Below are positions 35,092 through 48,890 of a stretch of DNA of 64,000 nucleotides, piece by piece; within the stretch, counting starts at the first letter, position 1; every line of letters starts with the position of its first letter. A model generated the notes under the pieces. It saw nothing but the letters and a program-made list of their open reading frames with translations, was not told the origin of the DNA and searched no databases. The translations under genes were made by a program, and so were the position numbers. The stretch spans positions 16,616,001-16,680,000 of the forward strand of contig NC_135894.1 of NCBI RefSeq assembly GCF_964194155.1. The letters run 5' to 3'. Source of the stretch: Cetorhinus maximus. Lineage: Eukaryota.

Positions 35092-36660
35092 GGGCAGGGT
35101 TTTCCCTTTGTCGGGCGGGCACGGTGGGCTGGCCCGGGAGTAGCCACGAAATGGACCACCACCCGCGATTGGGTCCGACCACGATTTCACTCTGGGGGGC
35201 CTAATTGTGAAATGAGGCTCCACACTGGCCGGGAAGGGCCCTGCAGGGACGGGGGCCTGTCAGCCACCCGGTCCGATGGTGACCCGGTGGCTGGTTTACA
35301 AGCGGCCCAGGCAGCCCCTGGGAGTCTGCCATGGAGGACATTCCCTGAGCCGGCACGATGGACCTGAGTGCAGCTGGATACGGCAGGCGGGAGGGCAGGT
35401 CGGGTGGGCATTTGGCCCTCTGCTTTTCCGATGAGTGCCTCTCCGTCCTCCTGGAGGGGGCGGCTGCCAAGAGGGGCACCCCTGTCCCCAGAGATGGGAC
35501 GAGGAGGCCACCGCACATCACCAAGAGGGCATGGGAGGAGGTGGCAGTGCTGGACAGCAGCTGTGATGCGGTGCGGCGCTCCTGGGTGCAGTGCCGGAAG
35601 TGCTTCAATGACCTGCTGCGCTCAGGAAGGGCGAGTACCGTGTTGGCATGGGTCAGTGTGCAGAAGTGTTAAGGTGTGGCCGTCCCCCATGGACCTCAGG
35701 GGTGCTACAGTCTGAGTGCCAACTGTCAATCACGCCAAAGTTGGTCAAGGGGGTGAGCCCTGGCTGCTTGGACTGAGTGCCTTGCGGCTCTAGGGCCACA
35801 ACTCGGATGTGCCCTGCGAGGTGTTCCTCAGTTGGGGTTGGCCAGGCTGCAAAGGCGTTGCAGGTACAGAGTGGACTAATCAATGCTCCTCTGTTGTTTC
35901 AGCAGAAGATGGCCCACAACAATATAGAAAGATTGTGGACCGGCGGAGGCCCCGCTAGCCTCCTAATCCTTTCAAGGTATCAGCAAGATGCCATGGAGCT
36001 TGAGAACCGGCACACCCTACATGCAACCTGGCGCGGAGAGGTGGGGGTGCCAGACGAAGGTAAGAGTGCAGTGCACAGAGGTGAGAGTTTTTGATTGTGC
36101 AATCCTTCTAGTGAAGCCTCTTCATTGATGTGAGCCTCAAACCTGGAGTTCACATTGAGCATTGAAAGACGATGGCAGATCTCACGAAGGCACCCGGCTG
36201 ACCCGCTGGTGCCTTGATGGCCACGTGTGCAGTTGATTGCACCCTGGACATGGGGGAACCCAGCAATCGCTGCGAAGCCTTTGGTTCACTCATCCTGGCT
36301 GGCCTCGTCCGTACGGTAAAGAATAAAGGTCAGTACCCGCCTGAACAGAGCTTGACGCAACTGTGGACAGCTGATTAGGAGACTCCACACAGATCCCCAA
36401 ACTGAGCACTGGAAAGAGCCAGAGGAACAGAAGTTGAGGGCCACTGTGACCTTCAGAGCCACTGACATGGGTGTGTCCACCCACACAGTCAGAGCTGATC
36501 TCAGGCCCGATCATCTGACAGATGGAGGTCAGTGATTCCCTCGAGAGACAGAGCCTTCTTTGGCATTGCACCTTGGACATATTGAGGTAGCTGCATCACC
36601 GCCTGTAAACCCTGGCAGCAGGATATTAGCGTCTTCTACAGCCCCTTCTGCCTCAGACTA
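35092..36660 (+). mobile_element. Harbinger transposon left arm with spliced Myb/SANT-like DNA-binding gene (transposase absent)
   Basis: TIR-like start GGGCAGGGTTTTCC. ORF 35358-35630 reads FSDECLSVLLE...AWEEVA...RRSWVQCRKCFNDLLRSGR (Myb/SANT trihelix). A second exon follows tttcag at ~35903 (KMAHNNIERLWTGGGP...) and ends at G|GTAAG ~36060. Confidence 0.75.
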
Positions 36661-38875
36661 CCTACTGGCCCTGTGGCCCTTGTGCCACATCTTTAAACGG
36701 CATTTTATTTTCAAGTTGGTTTTTGCTCCTTTGTTAATTTAGGGTTTTAGTCAGGGATCCAGAATCACTGCTCATTAAACTGCAATGGTTTAACATGCCA
36801 TTTCCAATCATGCAATACTCCTGGATATCACATGGCTTTTGATATACTTTTAACTATGTGAATTATTTTTTAAAATATCTGCAGCATGTCTCCCTGACTT
36901 CAATCGGTAATTTAGCAAATTGTTAAGATGTCTGTCCAACGTCACAATTTACATGTTTCATATTTGGATGGTTAAATGCCTTTAAGTCTACAGTGCGATC
37001 CAGATTGTGAGATTATCTGTGTCCACGTTTATCCTTGCAACACTTAACCAATACCAGTTTCAAAAAATACATCTATGCAGCATTGTCTGTTAAAGACGGG
37101 GGTATGCCGGAGCCGGGGTTGGGTGGGGGGGCGAGGGAAGAGAGGCGGAATCATAATTCCTTAATTCTCCGGTCTTTCTTGAAACTCGTCACAGCCTCTA
37201 GCTATGCAAATATATTTTAGGATTGAATAATCCATGGGCACTAATCTTCTCTGTGCCTCTCAGTGATTACAAACCTTCGCTAGTTCCTCAGTTTCAAATC
37301 AGAGAGCTTCTACTCAAATTATGTTGTGCAATCTTGTGATCAAACTTATTCAGGAGATTTTCACTGAGTTCTGGAGTTCCTTTACCTGCTATTTCAACAA
37401 AGGCATTTACCAATTTAAAATAGTGTCACACTGCACAATAGTCAAATATAACAGCTGGAATTTTTAAAAAGATTGCAGCACTTTTGTGTCATTTTTGTGT
37501 CAACCACATACCCTTCATCTTTATGTAGCTGAGTAAGAAATAATACCTTTTTAAAACCATATTGAACAAGCATTTTAAATTTAAAATCATGCATTTAAGT
37601 ATCATCATGAACCATTACATCATTGTAAATAAAACAGGTTCATCCTTTAAATGCATTGCTCGAGCAATAGTCTTCCTATTGAAAAATCTAGATGAAGATT
37701 AAAGTCCTTGGTGTGGGTTAAAGAGACTTAACTGATGCTAAACTAACCAATCATCTTGCCTACATTCACGTCTTAAATCACTTCTTTCAGATTACCTATC
37801 ATCTGGAAGACCACTGTATAGCAGGTGAGGGGAGCATGATGGATAGACCCCTATTCGGCTTTTTAGATTTGTTTCAAATTTTGACTCTCTGGATTAAGGT
37901 TTAATTTCCAAACAGAGTTACTGCAAGATTAGAGAGCCTAACAGACTTCATAAACAAGACATCAATGTCAAATTACAAAGGAAAACTTGTACACCTCCCT
38001 GTTCCCCTCTCAAAGGCCTTTCAAGTAAATTTAAAAGTCTGTACTTTAGGTGCCTGCAATAAAGCAAGTCTAATTTTAGCACAACAGTTATTTGTGATGG
38101 TGCATCTGTTACAGCTGGAATATCCACCAGTTGATATATATGTGGATAACTTACCTCAAAATCCCAATCATTTTCATTAAAAATTGCTACACATTCATTG
38201 CTACACCAGGTAACGGTATAAGTAAGGAAAGAATATTACAGAACGTAGGCTGTCTTGAGTAATAGGAGTCGAAATTCACAAATTATGATTGTCAATTAGG
38301 GCTAAAGGGAAAGATTGGGGATCGCAAATAATTAGTAGCGTATCCCTTTCCAAGAGCCAGCACAGGAACAATGAACCAAATAGTCTCCTTCTGTGCTGTA
38401 TCATTAGATAATTCTAATTAATATCAGTCAATATTACAATTACTGTAATGTAGTCTGGAGTTTCTACCTGTTCAAACGTCCAAGTCAAAGGTGCCAGCTT
38501 GGGGTATAACTGCTCCCCAATGTTAATAATAGGTAAGCAGTTGTCCTTCAACTTGGCACCATTTTCTTGGTCACCATTCTAAACATAGGAATATTACAAG
38601 TGAAACTTGCATCTGATCTACTTCAAATACAACCTCTTTCCGATTGGGTTTCCCCCTGGCTGGAATAAAAACATGAGTTTGCAACAGAGCCCGTAGTGCT
38701 AACAGTCAAACATTTCTCCTTTGTTAAAATGCAAGGTTGTGAAATCATCTATTTAAAATTTATCAATGAACAGGTGATCTGAGAAAAGTGATATAGGACT
38801 CTTCTCAAATCTTTTTGAAGGAAAAAAATCAAATTGTGCTAAAAATGCATTTACTTTCTTATTTTGGATGTTAAG

Positions 38876-39104
38876 TGTTGTAATACGCCTTTAAGGGATA
38901 GCAGCATGCCCTCACTAGAGGGGAAGTGTCATGTGATCCAGTCTCAGTTTCACTTTGGCCAGTGAGCAGAGCATACAGCTCTGCTGCTGATGTCTTCAAG
39001 CTTTCTACCTTTGTACAAATATTCTCATGTGCCTAGTCTCAATAAATGTTTACCCAATCCCTTATGAGTGATTGGTGTCTTTATATCGTTATAAAAACAC
39101 AACA
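38876..39104 (+). mobile_element. Solo LTR (229 bp)
   Basis: Termini TGTTGT...ACAACA, an internal AATAAA, and a perfect 5-bp TSD TTAAG (38871-38875 and 39105-39109). Confidence 0.85.
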
Positions 39105-39254
39105 TTAAGAACCAGATAAAAATGGAAAGCCGTGAACATCATCAAGAAGGGACACTTTTCCTGAAACTTCAATGCATGCTTTGTTCTGGCATATATTCAC
39201 AGGGCCTTTGCTAAGGGCAATCAAGCAGCAACTTTTACAAATCGAGGGAAAATA

Positions 39255-40680
39255 ATTGTAGAATCTGACCAAGCAAAAGGAGGCCATTGGACACATTGTC
39301 CCTGTGAAAGTTCTTTGAAAGAGCTGAGAAGCACAGAGATATAGGATATAGGCTATTTAGCCCCAAGAGCCTGTTTCACCACTCAAATGAGATCATGGCT
39401 GATCTATGACCTAACTCCACTGACCCATCTATACCCCATGTCCCTTCATACTTTGCTTAACAAAAATCGATCAATCTCAGTTTAAAAATTAATAATTGAC
39501 GTAGCATCTATTGCTGTTTGTAGAAGAGGATTCCAAACATTTACTATCCATTGCATGCAGAGTTTCCTAAGATCGCTTCTGAAATGTCTCTGCAATCAGT
39601 GGAAATAGTTTCTCCCAATCAACCCTGGCTGTTCCCCTTGATATCTTGAAAAAAAAATCAAATCACCACTTAAGATTCCGAATTCTACGGAATACAACCC
39701 TCATTTGTGAAATTCCTCCTGGTAATTTAACCCTAATTCCAGGTTTCATTTTGGTAAACCTATGCTGCACTCCCTCCGAGACCAATAATATCTTAAGGTG
39801 TGGTACCCAGAGCCTCTCACAGTAATCAGGGTGCAGTCTAACTAGAGCTTTGTGTAGCTGAAGCGTGACTTCTCCCCTTGTATTCTAGTCCTCTAGACAT
39901 AAAGGCCAGCAATTCATTCACAATTTGATTATTTTCTGCACCTATTCATGAAGTTTTAATAATCAATATACCTAGATGCTCAAATCTCTTTGGACCTCCA
40001 CTGTTTAGCTATTCACCATTTAGAAAGTGCCCTGTACTACCCTTTTTAGGTCCAAAGTGGATGGTCTCACATTTACCTATCCACAGTTTGACCCATTCGC
40101 TTAACCTATCAATACCTTTGTAATGTTTTGCTTCCCTCTGCACTATTACAATGCCACCTATTTGTGTCATCAGCAAATTTGGGTATGTGGCTTTCTATCC
40201 AATCATCTAAGTCATTAATAAATACAATGAATAGTTGAGGCCTCAACACAGATGTTTGTGGGATGCCACTAGTCACATCATGCCAATTAGAATTCCTACC
40301 CATTATCCCTATTCTGTGTGTGTTAATGCTCAGCCATTTTCCTGAGCAGGTCAATAATTTGCCTTTAATTCCATAAGCTGCAAATTTAGTCAACAGTCTC
40401 TTATGAGGAACTTTATCAAATGCCTTCTGGAAGCCCATATAAATAACATTCATAGACCCCTGTCCATTCCTTTAGTCACCTCTTCAAAAAAATCCATCAG
40501 ATTAGTCAGACATGACCTACCCTTTACAAATACATACTGGTTCTCTCTGATCACTTGTTCCCAATTATAGATTCCAGCAATTTCCTGAAAGCAGATATTA
40601 GACTATCTGATCTATAATTCCCTGGTTTCCCTCTGTTGCCTTTCTTAATCTGGACAAATACTCCAGCTTCCCAGTTCTTT
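39255..40680 (-). mobile_element. Decayed CR1 LINE (RT to 3' end)
   Basis: KKGNRGKPGNYR..SLIS, VIYMGFQKAFDKVPHKRLL, VTSGIPQTSVLRPQLF..FINDLD, KFADDT. Confidence 0.85.
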
Positions 40681-40959
40681 CCCCATAGCCTCAGAGCGGA
40701 GACTACATAATCCGCAGAGCATCTGGTCACTGACAGGTTCAATTCACCTTATCTTTTTACAGTGTGAGAAACAGGAGCTCCATGCATAACTCTCTCAAAT
40801 AAATCACCAGAGAATGTGTTAACCAAGAAAGTGCTGATATGAGACTCTAATAAATAAAACAGCTTTCTGGAAAGCATGCAGTTGCATGTGAATTGTCTAT
40901 TTAAATGATTATACTATTTAACACCTATATCTTTTCACCTCTATTTGTTATTTAAAATA

Positions 40960-41112
40960 CTCATTAAAGCCTACCTCCTTAAACCGAGTTCTTGGTCATC
41001 TTCCCTAATATCTTTTGATGGGGTCCATGTCAAATTTAGCCTCACAATGCTCTTGTAAAGTGCCTTGGGATGCTTTATTACATTGAAGACACTATACAAA
41101 TGCTTGTTGTTT
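40960..41112 (+). mobile_element. L2-type 3' tail
   Basis: aaagcctacctccttaaaccgagttcttggtcatc...gtaaagtgccttgggatg...ctatacaaatgcttgttgtt. Confidence 0.65.
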
Positions 41113-42099
41113 ATCTGTACATGTATCTGACCATGTAGTTGGCATGCACGCAGCAACCTGACATGTTAATTGTCACTTTCTAAGGTGATGAGGGAATTAT
41201 TCGACCTTCCCACACACCCTGGGAGTATGCTACACTGCTCCAGTCCAGGGCTAATTATTAGACCTGGGTTATGCCAATGCCTGAAGAGAGAGATACAATG
41301 TTGGTTCAAAAAGTTTTCAGTCTGCTTATTGAAATCTGTAGTCGGCCACATTTCTTTTGTATTGTAAAGATTGTTGCTGTCCAAGCAAACAGAACATAAA
41401 CCGTGTACGTCACTAATTCATTTGTGACTGAGAGGGAGCCAATTTTGTGGTTGGTAGGAAAGTGCATCAATTTAGGTCTCAACGTTAACACTAAAGAATT
41501 GTTCGAATGTTCCAGAAATCTATATCCTATACAATAAAATTGAACAACAATGAAGTACATTTATGTAGTGCCTTTCACATAGCAAAACACCCCAGCAGCT
41601 TCAGAGGAATGCAATCAGGCAAAAATTGATACTGAGTCAAAAGAGGGGATATTAGGACAAGTGATCAAAAACTTGATCAAAGAAGTGGGTGATACAATAA
41701 TGGAGTAATTGCCTAATTATAATAATCAATTAATTAGTCTACGACAGATCCAGAGACTCAAGGCAAGGGACATCCTAGTTATGGAGTGCTTTGAAAACGA
41801 CCTGTTCTTCCCAAGCACACTTGCTGCATGCCAAGTGTTGTAGAAAAAACAAAAAAGGTCTACACTGAACAAATTGTAACAAATCCTCCAAGCATGTAAC
41901 TCATTGTCAATTTAGAGTGAATTGTTAGACCTACGCTATTGCCAACCCTCATTTTCGCAGGTCACATGAGGACAAATCCTTAACCTGTCCCACTGGCAAT
42001 CAAAATAGCTTTCTACTTACTAGGCAGTATGGACCTTCCCTAAGCTTTGGGGAATCTCTCCAACTAGAAACTAAAATCATCTTTTTCACATTATCACGG

Positions 42100-43620
42100 G
42101 TGCTTTGGCAGGAGTAGTGCCATACAATACTCACAAATATTGATGTGTATTACGGGAGTCCTGCCTCAAGCTATTTACAAAGTGGCCCATATTCAACATA
42201 GCTCAGGAAGCTATACTTCAGAAATTAGTGTTACTGCATCTTACATTACATTCATACGAGCAGATGGCTTCTACAAATCCAATATTGCTTTCTTGATTTT
42301 GTATTCAATGCCTCTAGGTACAAAATCAAAGATGTAATTTGCCTTTTTCCTGACCCACAAATCCACATACCAAGGTTTCAGTGGCATTCCATACCATTTG
42401 AGATACATTTCCTCTTCCCATTGTTACTTCCCAAATATTTTACTTCACATTTTCCTACACTAACCCGTGTTTCCTACTTATCAGTTCACCTTGCTAATCT
42501 ATCCATCCTCTCTGCTAATCTTTCACAATGTCCCATCCTCCTAACTTTGCTTCATCAGCAAATTTCAATATTTCCTTCCAATCCTAAACGTGCACAGTTT
42601 GTACAAAGTATTGAAGTGAGACCAACACAGGTTCCCACGGAACACTGTTCACTGCACCTCCCCACTCCAACAAACTTTCTTTTACCTTCTCTCTGCTTTC
42701 TGACTTCCAAGCATCTCCCTATCCACATCCCTTTAAATCTCAGGTGCCATTATTTGAGCCACAAGTCTCTTGCAGGATACCTTATGAAATGCTTTTTGAA
42801 AATCCACATAAAGCCAATGGAGCAGCTTTGGTTTATCATTCAAAGGTTTTTTTATCAGGTTGGTCAAGTTCGAGATCCCTTCAGGAATCTGGATGGCCCG
42901 ATCCTGATTATATTAAGTTTCTGAAAGAACTTAGTAACTTCATCTCTTATTACAGACTGGTGAGTTACATAATAAAGTAAGTCTAGTGGCCAATAATTCC
43001 CTTTCTCATCCAATGTCTTTTTTGTAGAGTAGGATCACATTTGCTGTCTTCCAGTTCCCTGGCACACATTTCCTATCCAGGGGAAATGGAAACGTTAGTT
43101 AAATACTCTTTCTGTTTCTTCCCTGTTAGTTCTGGATGTAAATCATCAATCTTTGATGATTTGTCTACCCGAAGTTTGAATAGGCTCTTTAGGTCCATCT
43201 CCTTGTTTTATATTGGAGATTCTCTCATTTTAATAGCCACCTTCCTGTGAATACCAATGCTGAACACTCATCGGGTACTTTTAGCATTACTTAACTCTCC
43301 ACTAAATGCTCACCTTCCAGCAACCTTACCCCTCCCTTGATTATACTTACTACTAACAGACCAAAAGAAAAAAATTTTTTGTGACATTTTATGCTTCTTG
43401 TTCATTTTCTCTTGGAGCAGCAACATCTTGACTGAATCTGACACACAACACAAAAAAAATCCTCCCCTTTCTCAACAAAAAGATATCCTCTATTCCACTT
43501 TGCCGTTGGATATTCAATATCCTTTCACAATTATAGTGCTATGGTTAATACACACCCCACTTACTGGTCTATACATTTCAACCCATGTTTCCTGAAATTG
43601 TTGAATATGATACAACCATA
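42100..43620 (-). mobile_element. Old, highly diverged CR1-like LINE
   Basis: The reverse complement contains atgtggattttcaaaaagcatttcataaggtatc (DFQKAF.KV) and gtgttccgtgggaacctgtgttgg (GVPxGxVL-like). Confidence 0.55.
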
Positions 43621-43929
43621 TTTGCATGCCTAATGTCTTTCTCTCCTTACTACACTAGTGGTAGGATTTTAGGTGAGCAAATTGAAACATGCACCTAAGT
43701 CCAGTAAGAAGGGTTTGTCTGAGATTCATAGTGAAGACACGTTATTAAGCCATGTGGAAGGAACTTTACCCAGCATCAAACACCACCAGATGAGATATAA
43801 TAAAGCACTATAAGACCGGACAGGGTGGCAAGGAAAACAAAACGGGAGGTAGAAATTGGTACATTTTGCACCTATATTTTATTTTTGATGGTGTAAAGCA
43901 GAAGCAAAGCCCATCAATTTAGACATCCT

Positions 43930-44588
43930 GGGCAGAACTTTCGGGTCGGCGAGCAGGGGGCGGGGTCCGCTCGCCGAAACGTAAAATGACGCGTGGCAAC
44001 ATCGGGCATGCGTCCCGACATCACCGCGCATTATTTAGATTGTCAGTCCGGCGGGCCCAGCCACATTGGCTGTGCACCCGCTGAACTGTCAAAGGCCTAT
44101 TAAGAAAGTAATTAAAGTTGTTAAGAAAGCTGCCTGTCCAATCTTAAGGTTGGCGGGGGGCAGGCAAAAAGCCCAGGCGGCCTTCGCATTTTTCATGAAA
44201 CCTCATCCACTGATGGGATGAGGTTTCATGAAGGGTTTATTAATTAAATAAAAAATTTTTGAAGAAATTAATGGACATGTCCCAGCTCATGTGACAGTTT
44301 CACATGAGGGGACATGTCCTTAATATTTCTTTTTCCTTTATTAAATTTTTCAGAACTTAAACTTTCGCGCAGACATGCGTGAAAGAGTGCAGACCCCAAC
44401 TCAGGGAATCCCCACGCCCGCCCACACAGGGAGCGCACAGTGCTTCTTCCGGGCGTGCATTCTTCCGGCCAATTAAGGCCCGCCCACGTAAAATGGCGGC
44501 GCGCACCCAATCGGGGGCGCTGATCGGGTTCGTGCTCACTCCTGCACTGCCCCCACCCCCCCATCCCAATGGGGGGAAGATTCAGCCT
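43930..44588. mobile_element. Harbinger-type MITE (659 bp)
   Basis: TIRs GGGCAGAACTT / AAGATTCAGCCT and a perfect 3-bp TSD CCT/CCT. Internal blocks (gcatttttcatgaaacctcatcca) are shared with 31162-31836. Confidence 0.85.
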
Positions 44589-45701
44589 CCTAGCCTCAAT
44601 CTGTGCAGGGGTTGATCGCCCTGTCAACATTTGAGGGGTCTATTTTTTGGTATCCCAAATGGACCTCAAAATAAAACAGGCGTCTGCCAAAATCGGGCAT
44701 GAGGCCTTCAATATACACATACAAAGGACCCAATGCCTGTTGAAGGGCCCCTTTTCCGAATTATTCAATGATGAGTAGGTCAAGCACTTGGCCTGCACCA
44801 CTCGAGGGTTATTTAAAACTATTCCTTCTGTAGACCAATTTCTAGCAAGCCACAGGCCCAGCGGTAGGCCAACACTTTCCAACTTTTATCCCAGGTTCTC
44901 AGCAGTAGAAATGTGTCCTAGCTTCTGCACTCACATCCCTCATTTCCATAAGAAAAAAGTGCATGTTTTGGAAAACTATAAAGATTATACCATCTGCAAA
45001 CTTTCCTCACACTGAAGAAAAATTAAGACTGATTTAAATGACTCCAGAGTGGCCATTTGAAAAGCCACTGATGGTTTAGAGGCAAAGTTTGGTTGTAACC
45101 ATATAAGGCATTTTTATACTAAGTGAAATGACAAATCAGAATGCAAAAAACAGAAAATAGATAGTGTCTTAAATCAAACACCATCCGAGAGTAAAGGAGA
45201 AATTAAATTTTATTTGGGTGTTCACTATAGTTTCCAGGCAGTCGTGCTTAACTATTATAAATCACAGACGTGATTTCCAGAAAGCAGGTGATTAATCACT
45301 TCCACAACTCTTCAATATAATCACTAATGGTGTGTCGTAAAGTTACTGATTAGGTACCGGCATACCCAGTATTGCAACAGTAAGTACTACACAGAAGTAG
45401 TTTTGGAAACGTGCAAAGCAGGTCATATCACAAATAAGAAAGACAGCATGTTGACAAAAAAGTTTGGACAATAGATCTGTCACATATTCATAACTTATAC
45501 CCAAATATACAAACATTGAAAACATTGAATGCTTTTTCTCATGTTATGATGGTCACTTGCATATGGACCATATCCTAGTCTTCATTCACTCACACAAGAC
45601 CAAAGGGCTTAAACAAAACATATAATTAAAAAATGCTCAGTTTGGAATCAAGAATATACATACCTTAAAATATAATTTTTACAAACAAATATTACACTTA
45701 C

Positions 45702-45781
45702 TCTTGTAGTGTCTCTACGCCTTTTTCCTTGTACTGCAACTCCTCTTTCATTTGCGCCAACTCCCTTTTCAATCTGGAAAC
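45702..45781 (-). CDS. WWC3: WWC3 coding exon (80 nt); not in the ORF track
   Basis: VSRLKRELAQMKEELQYKEKGVETLQ(E). Acceptor CTTTGTTATTAG|, donor |GTAAGT. Phase 0 to 2. Confidence 0.92.
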
Positions 45782-47189
45782 CTAATAACAAAGCAAGTCA
45801 CTTCCAACAAATGTAGCCAGATCCAGACAGTAACTAGCCATTTTAATTCAAATTATCAGAATTAAACATAATCCATCAGACTGACGGACAAATGTGCTAA
45901 TTGTTCCAGTGAGGGAGTTAGCATTTAGTCAACGGTGTGATTTCAAATGGATTTCATTCCTCACTCATGATTGCAAAAATAGCAACCAAAAACCAAGCAG
46001 CAAAAACCGTCTGTTGCCTTCATTAAAGAAGTGAAGTTGGGCCATTCAGATAATTGAAACCCATCTTTTTAAATGGTTTTATTTGACCCTAATTTCATAA
46101 AATTCAGGAGTTTCTGCCAATACAGAGATTGGCAGGCTTCAAGCTAAGATTGGGAGTGGCAAAATAACATAGCCACTGGCACCTGGCCCACTTCACTACC
46201 AATAAGCAGTTAATATTACAGACAGTAGGGATAGTTTCTTTTGGCATCGTTTCTGGTGTTAACTGGATCCACGCCAGGTGGCGGAGTTAAAACTAGGACA
46301 CAGCAGCTTTCTTTGCTGGAGAGAGTTTATTGATTTAGTTCACAGTCAACACTACTCCAACCCACCAGTGTCCCAGCTATCCCCATTTATAGGTGTGCAA
46401 ATACCCATTACCTGTTCAACAATGTGATTGCCATTAAACCTTAACAATGTGATTAATAAGACATTGACATGAGGGGCTATACAGAACCTGATACTTCCTT
46501 CCTTGTGGGTAACTTCACTTTTCCAAAGTCCAGTGTTCAAATGATGCCATAAACAAGTAATACGAAAAGAGAATCTGGTAGAAAGTAACTGGTGGTGCAG
46601 GGGAAAGGTGCTGAGGGGGAGGCAGCTGATGGCTATTTAAAATATATGTGTTTTATTTAAAAGAAAAATGTGCCAGTGATTGGAAAAGGAAGCCACAATT
46701 AAAATAGTGATTCAGAAAATTAAAGTCAAAGTAGAATCACAACTCAGCTGGACAATAGGGAGGGAAAATGACCCATAGGATTTATGGCTTCCAGGGGTTT
46801 AGCCAATATGATTGGATTAGGAATAAAAAGACACATGATTCCCTCTTCAATTATATATCACAACTATTTACAGATGTACCTTTACTTAAGAATACTTCAC
46901 ATCTGTCTGAGGGTGTAACTCAGAGATATTCCCTTAATGATAATATCTTACAATATATTAATTAGCCAACCAGTTTGAGAAAAGTTGCTCGAGACGGAGC
47001 ACTGAATTTGGAATTTTGTTAGCATAAGCCTGAGCTGCTGCATAGGATATTGCCTTCAACGTTTAGCAAAATTATTCCTTTTCATTCAATCTCGGATTGC
47101 ACGTAATCCTAAAGGAAGTCGAAAATGAGAACTTTATTTCCTCGGTGGTAAACTGCCAATTTCAGTGAGCCATCTCTGGAGGCACGGAC

Positions 47190-48260
47190 TTCATAGATTT
47201 ATAGAACGACAGGGCTCAGAAAGAGGGCTTTCAAGTCCACTGTGCCTGTGCCAGTCCTTTGAAAGCTCCACTCACTTGCCCTTTCCCTGTACGTTTTTTT
47301 TCCCAAGTGTTTATCCAATTCCCTTTCGAAAATGATTATTCAATCTGCTACCACCACCCTTTCAGGCAGTGCATTCCACGTCGTAACAATTCACTGCATA
47401 AAAAATTTTCAACTCATCCGGCCTCTGGTTCTTTTGCCAATTTTCTTAAACCTGGGTCTTCTGGTTACCAACTCTGCCGCAGTTTCGCCTTATTTACTCT
47501 ATCAAAATCATTTACAATTTTGAACACCTCTATCAAACCTCCTTTTAATCCTTTTTTTTTGCTTGAAGGAGAACAAGCCCGGCTTCTTTAGTCTCTCAAA
47601 GTAACTAAAGCCTCTCAACCCCTGCTACTGTTCTAGTAACTCTCTCTCTCTCTTCTGCACCCTCTCGAATGACTTCCTCCTTGAAGTGCTTTGCCCAGAA
47701 TTGGACGCAATACTCTAGCTGGGCCAAACCTAATGATTTATAAAGGTTTAGCATAACTTTCTTGCTTTTATACTTTAAACTTCTGTTTATAAACCCAAGG
47801 ATCCCACAAGCTTTTTTTTTTAAAAAAACAGCCTTCTCAACTTATCCTGTCACAGTCAAAGATTTATGCACATACACCCCAGGTCTCTCTGCTCCTACAG
47901 CCTCTTTAAACTTGTACTATTCATTCTTCCCACCAAACTTTATCGGTTCACTGCACTAAATTTCATCAGTCACTTGTACGATCATTTCAACAATCTGTCT
48001 ATATCCTCCTGAAAGCTGTTATTATCCTTCCCATTGGTTATTACATTCCTAGTTTTGTATCATCTGCAAGCTTTGAAATTATACCCGAGTCCCAGTCATT
48101 AAGAATATCAAAAAGAACACTGATCTCATACTCATCCCTGGGAAACACCATCATATACTTCCCACATGTTTGAAAAACAATCCTTCACCACTACTCTCTG
48201 CTTTCTGTTCCTTAGCAAAGTTTGTATCAATACTGCAGTGACCCTTTAATCCCCTGGGCA
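47190..48260 (-). mobile_element. Decayed CR1 LINE 3' portion
   Basis: Tail at ~47190-47250. The reverse complements of the EYCVQFW, KLADD and GVSQG-like motifs are present. Confidence 0.75.
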
Positions 48261-48439
48261 AATTCCTTCAGCCTCATTTCATAACTCAACAAGGTTAGAT
48301 TTGGAACTAGCCTCGTTAATATTCCTACCTACGCTAATATTCTATGGAGGTTTCAGCATTTAGTTAAGCCTTTCACACAAATCTTTCTTGTGCCCCATTC
48401 TCTTCAATGATGCTATGAATCTAAAGAAATAAAATGTAT

Positions 48440-48890
48440 GTAGAGCAAAGCCATTTGGCCCATCATGCTTGTGCTGGTTCTTTGAATGAGTTATCTTATT
48501 AGTCTCAACCAACTGCTCGTTTCCCATACCCCTACAAATTCACCTTTTTGAAGTATTTATCCAATTCCCTTTCGACAGTCACTAATTAGTCTGCTTCCAC
48601 CATCCTTTCAAGCAATGGATTCCAAACCATGACTTGCTTTGTTTAAAAAAAATCCCATCACACACCTTTAGTTCTTTTGCCACTTAACTTAAAACTCTCT
48701 CTTTTGGTTACCAACCCTCCTGCCAGTGGAAATAATTTCTCTATCTCCACTCTATCAAGACCTTTCATAATTACAAGCATTTCTATTAAATCTCCCCTGA
48801 ACCTTCTCTGCAATACCATCTTCCTTCATGCCTCCACATAATTGAATGCTGTCATCCCTGTCACCCTCTCAGAGGCCTCGAAAATATGGC
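48440..48890 (-). mobile_element. CR1 3' fragment
   Basis: gccatttggcccatcatgcttgtgctgg...tatttatccaattcccttt...ctattaaatctcccctgaaccttctc. Confidence 0.7.
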
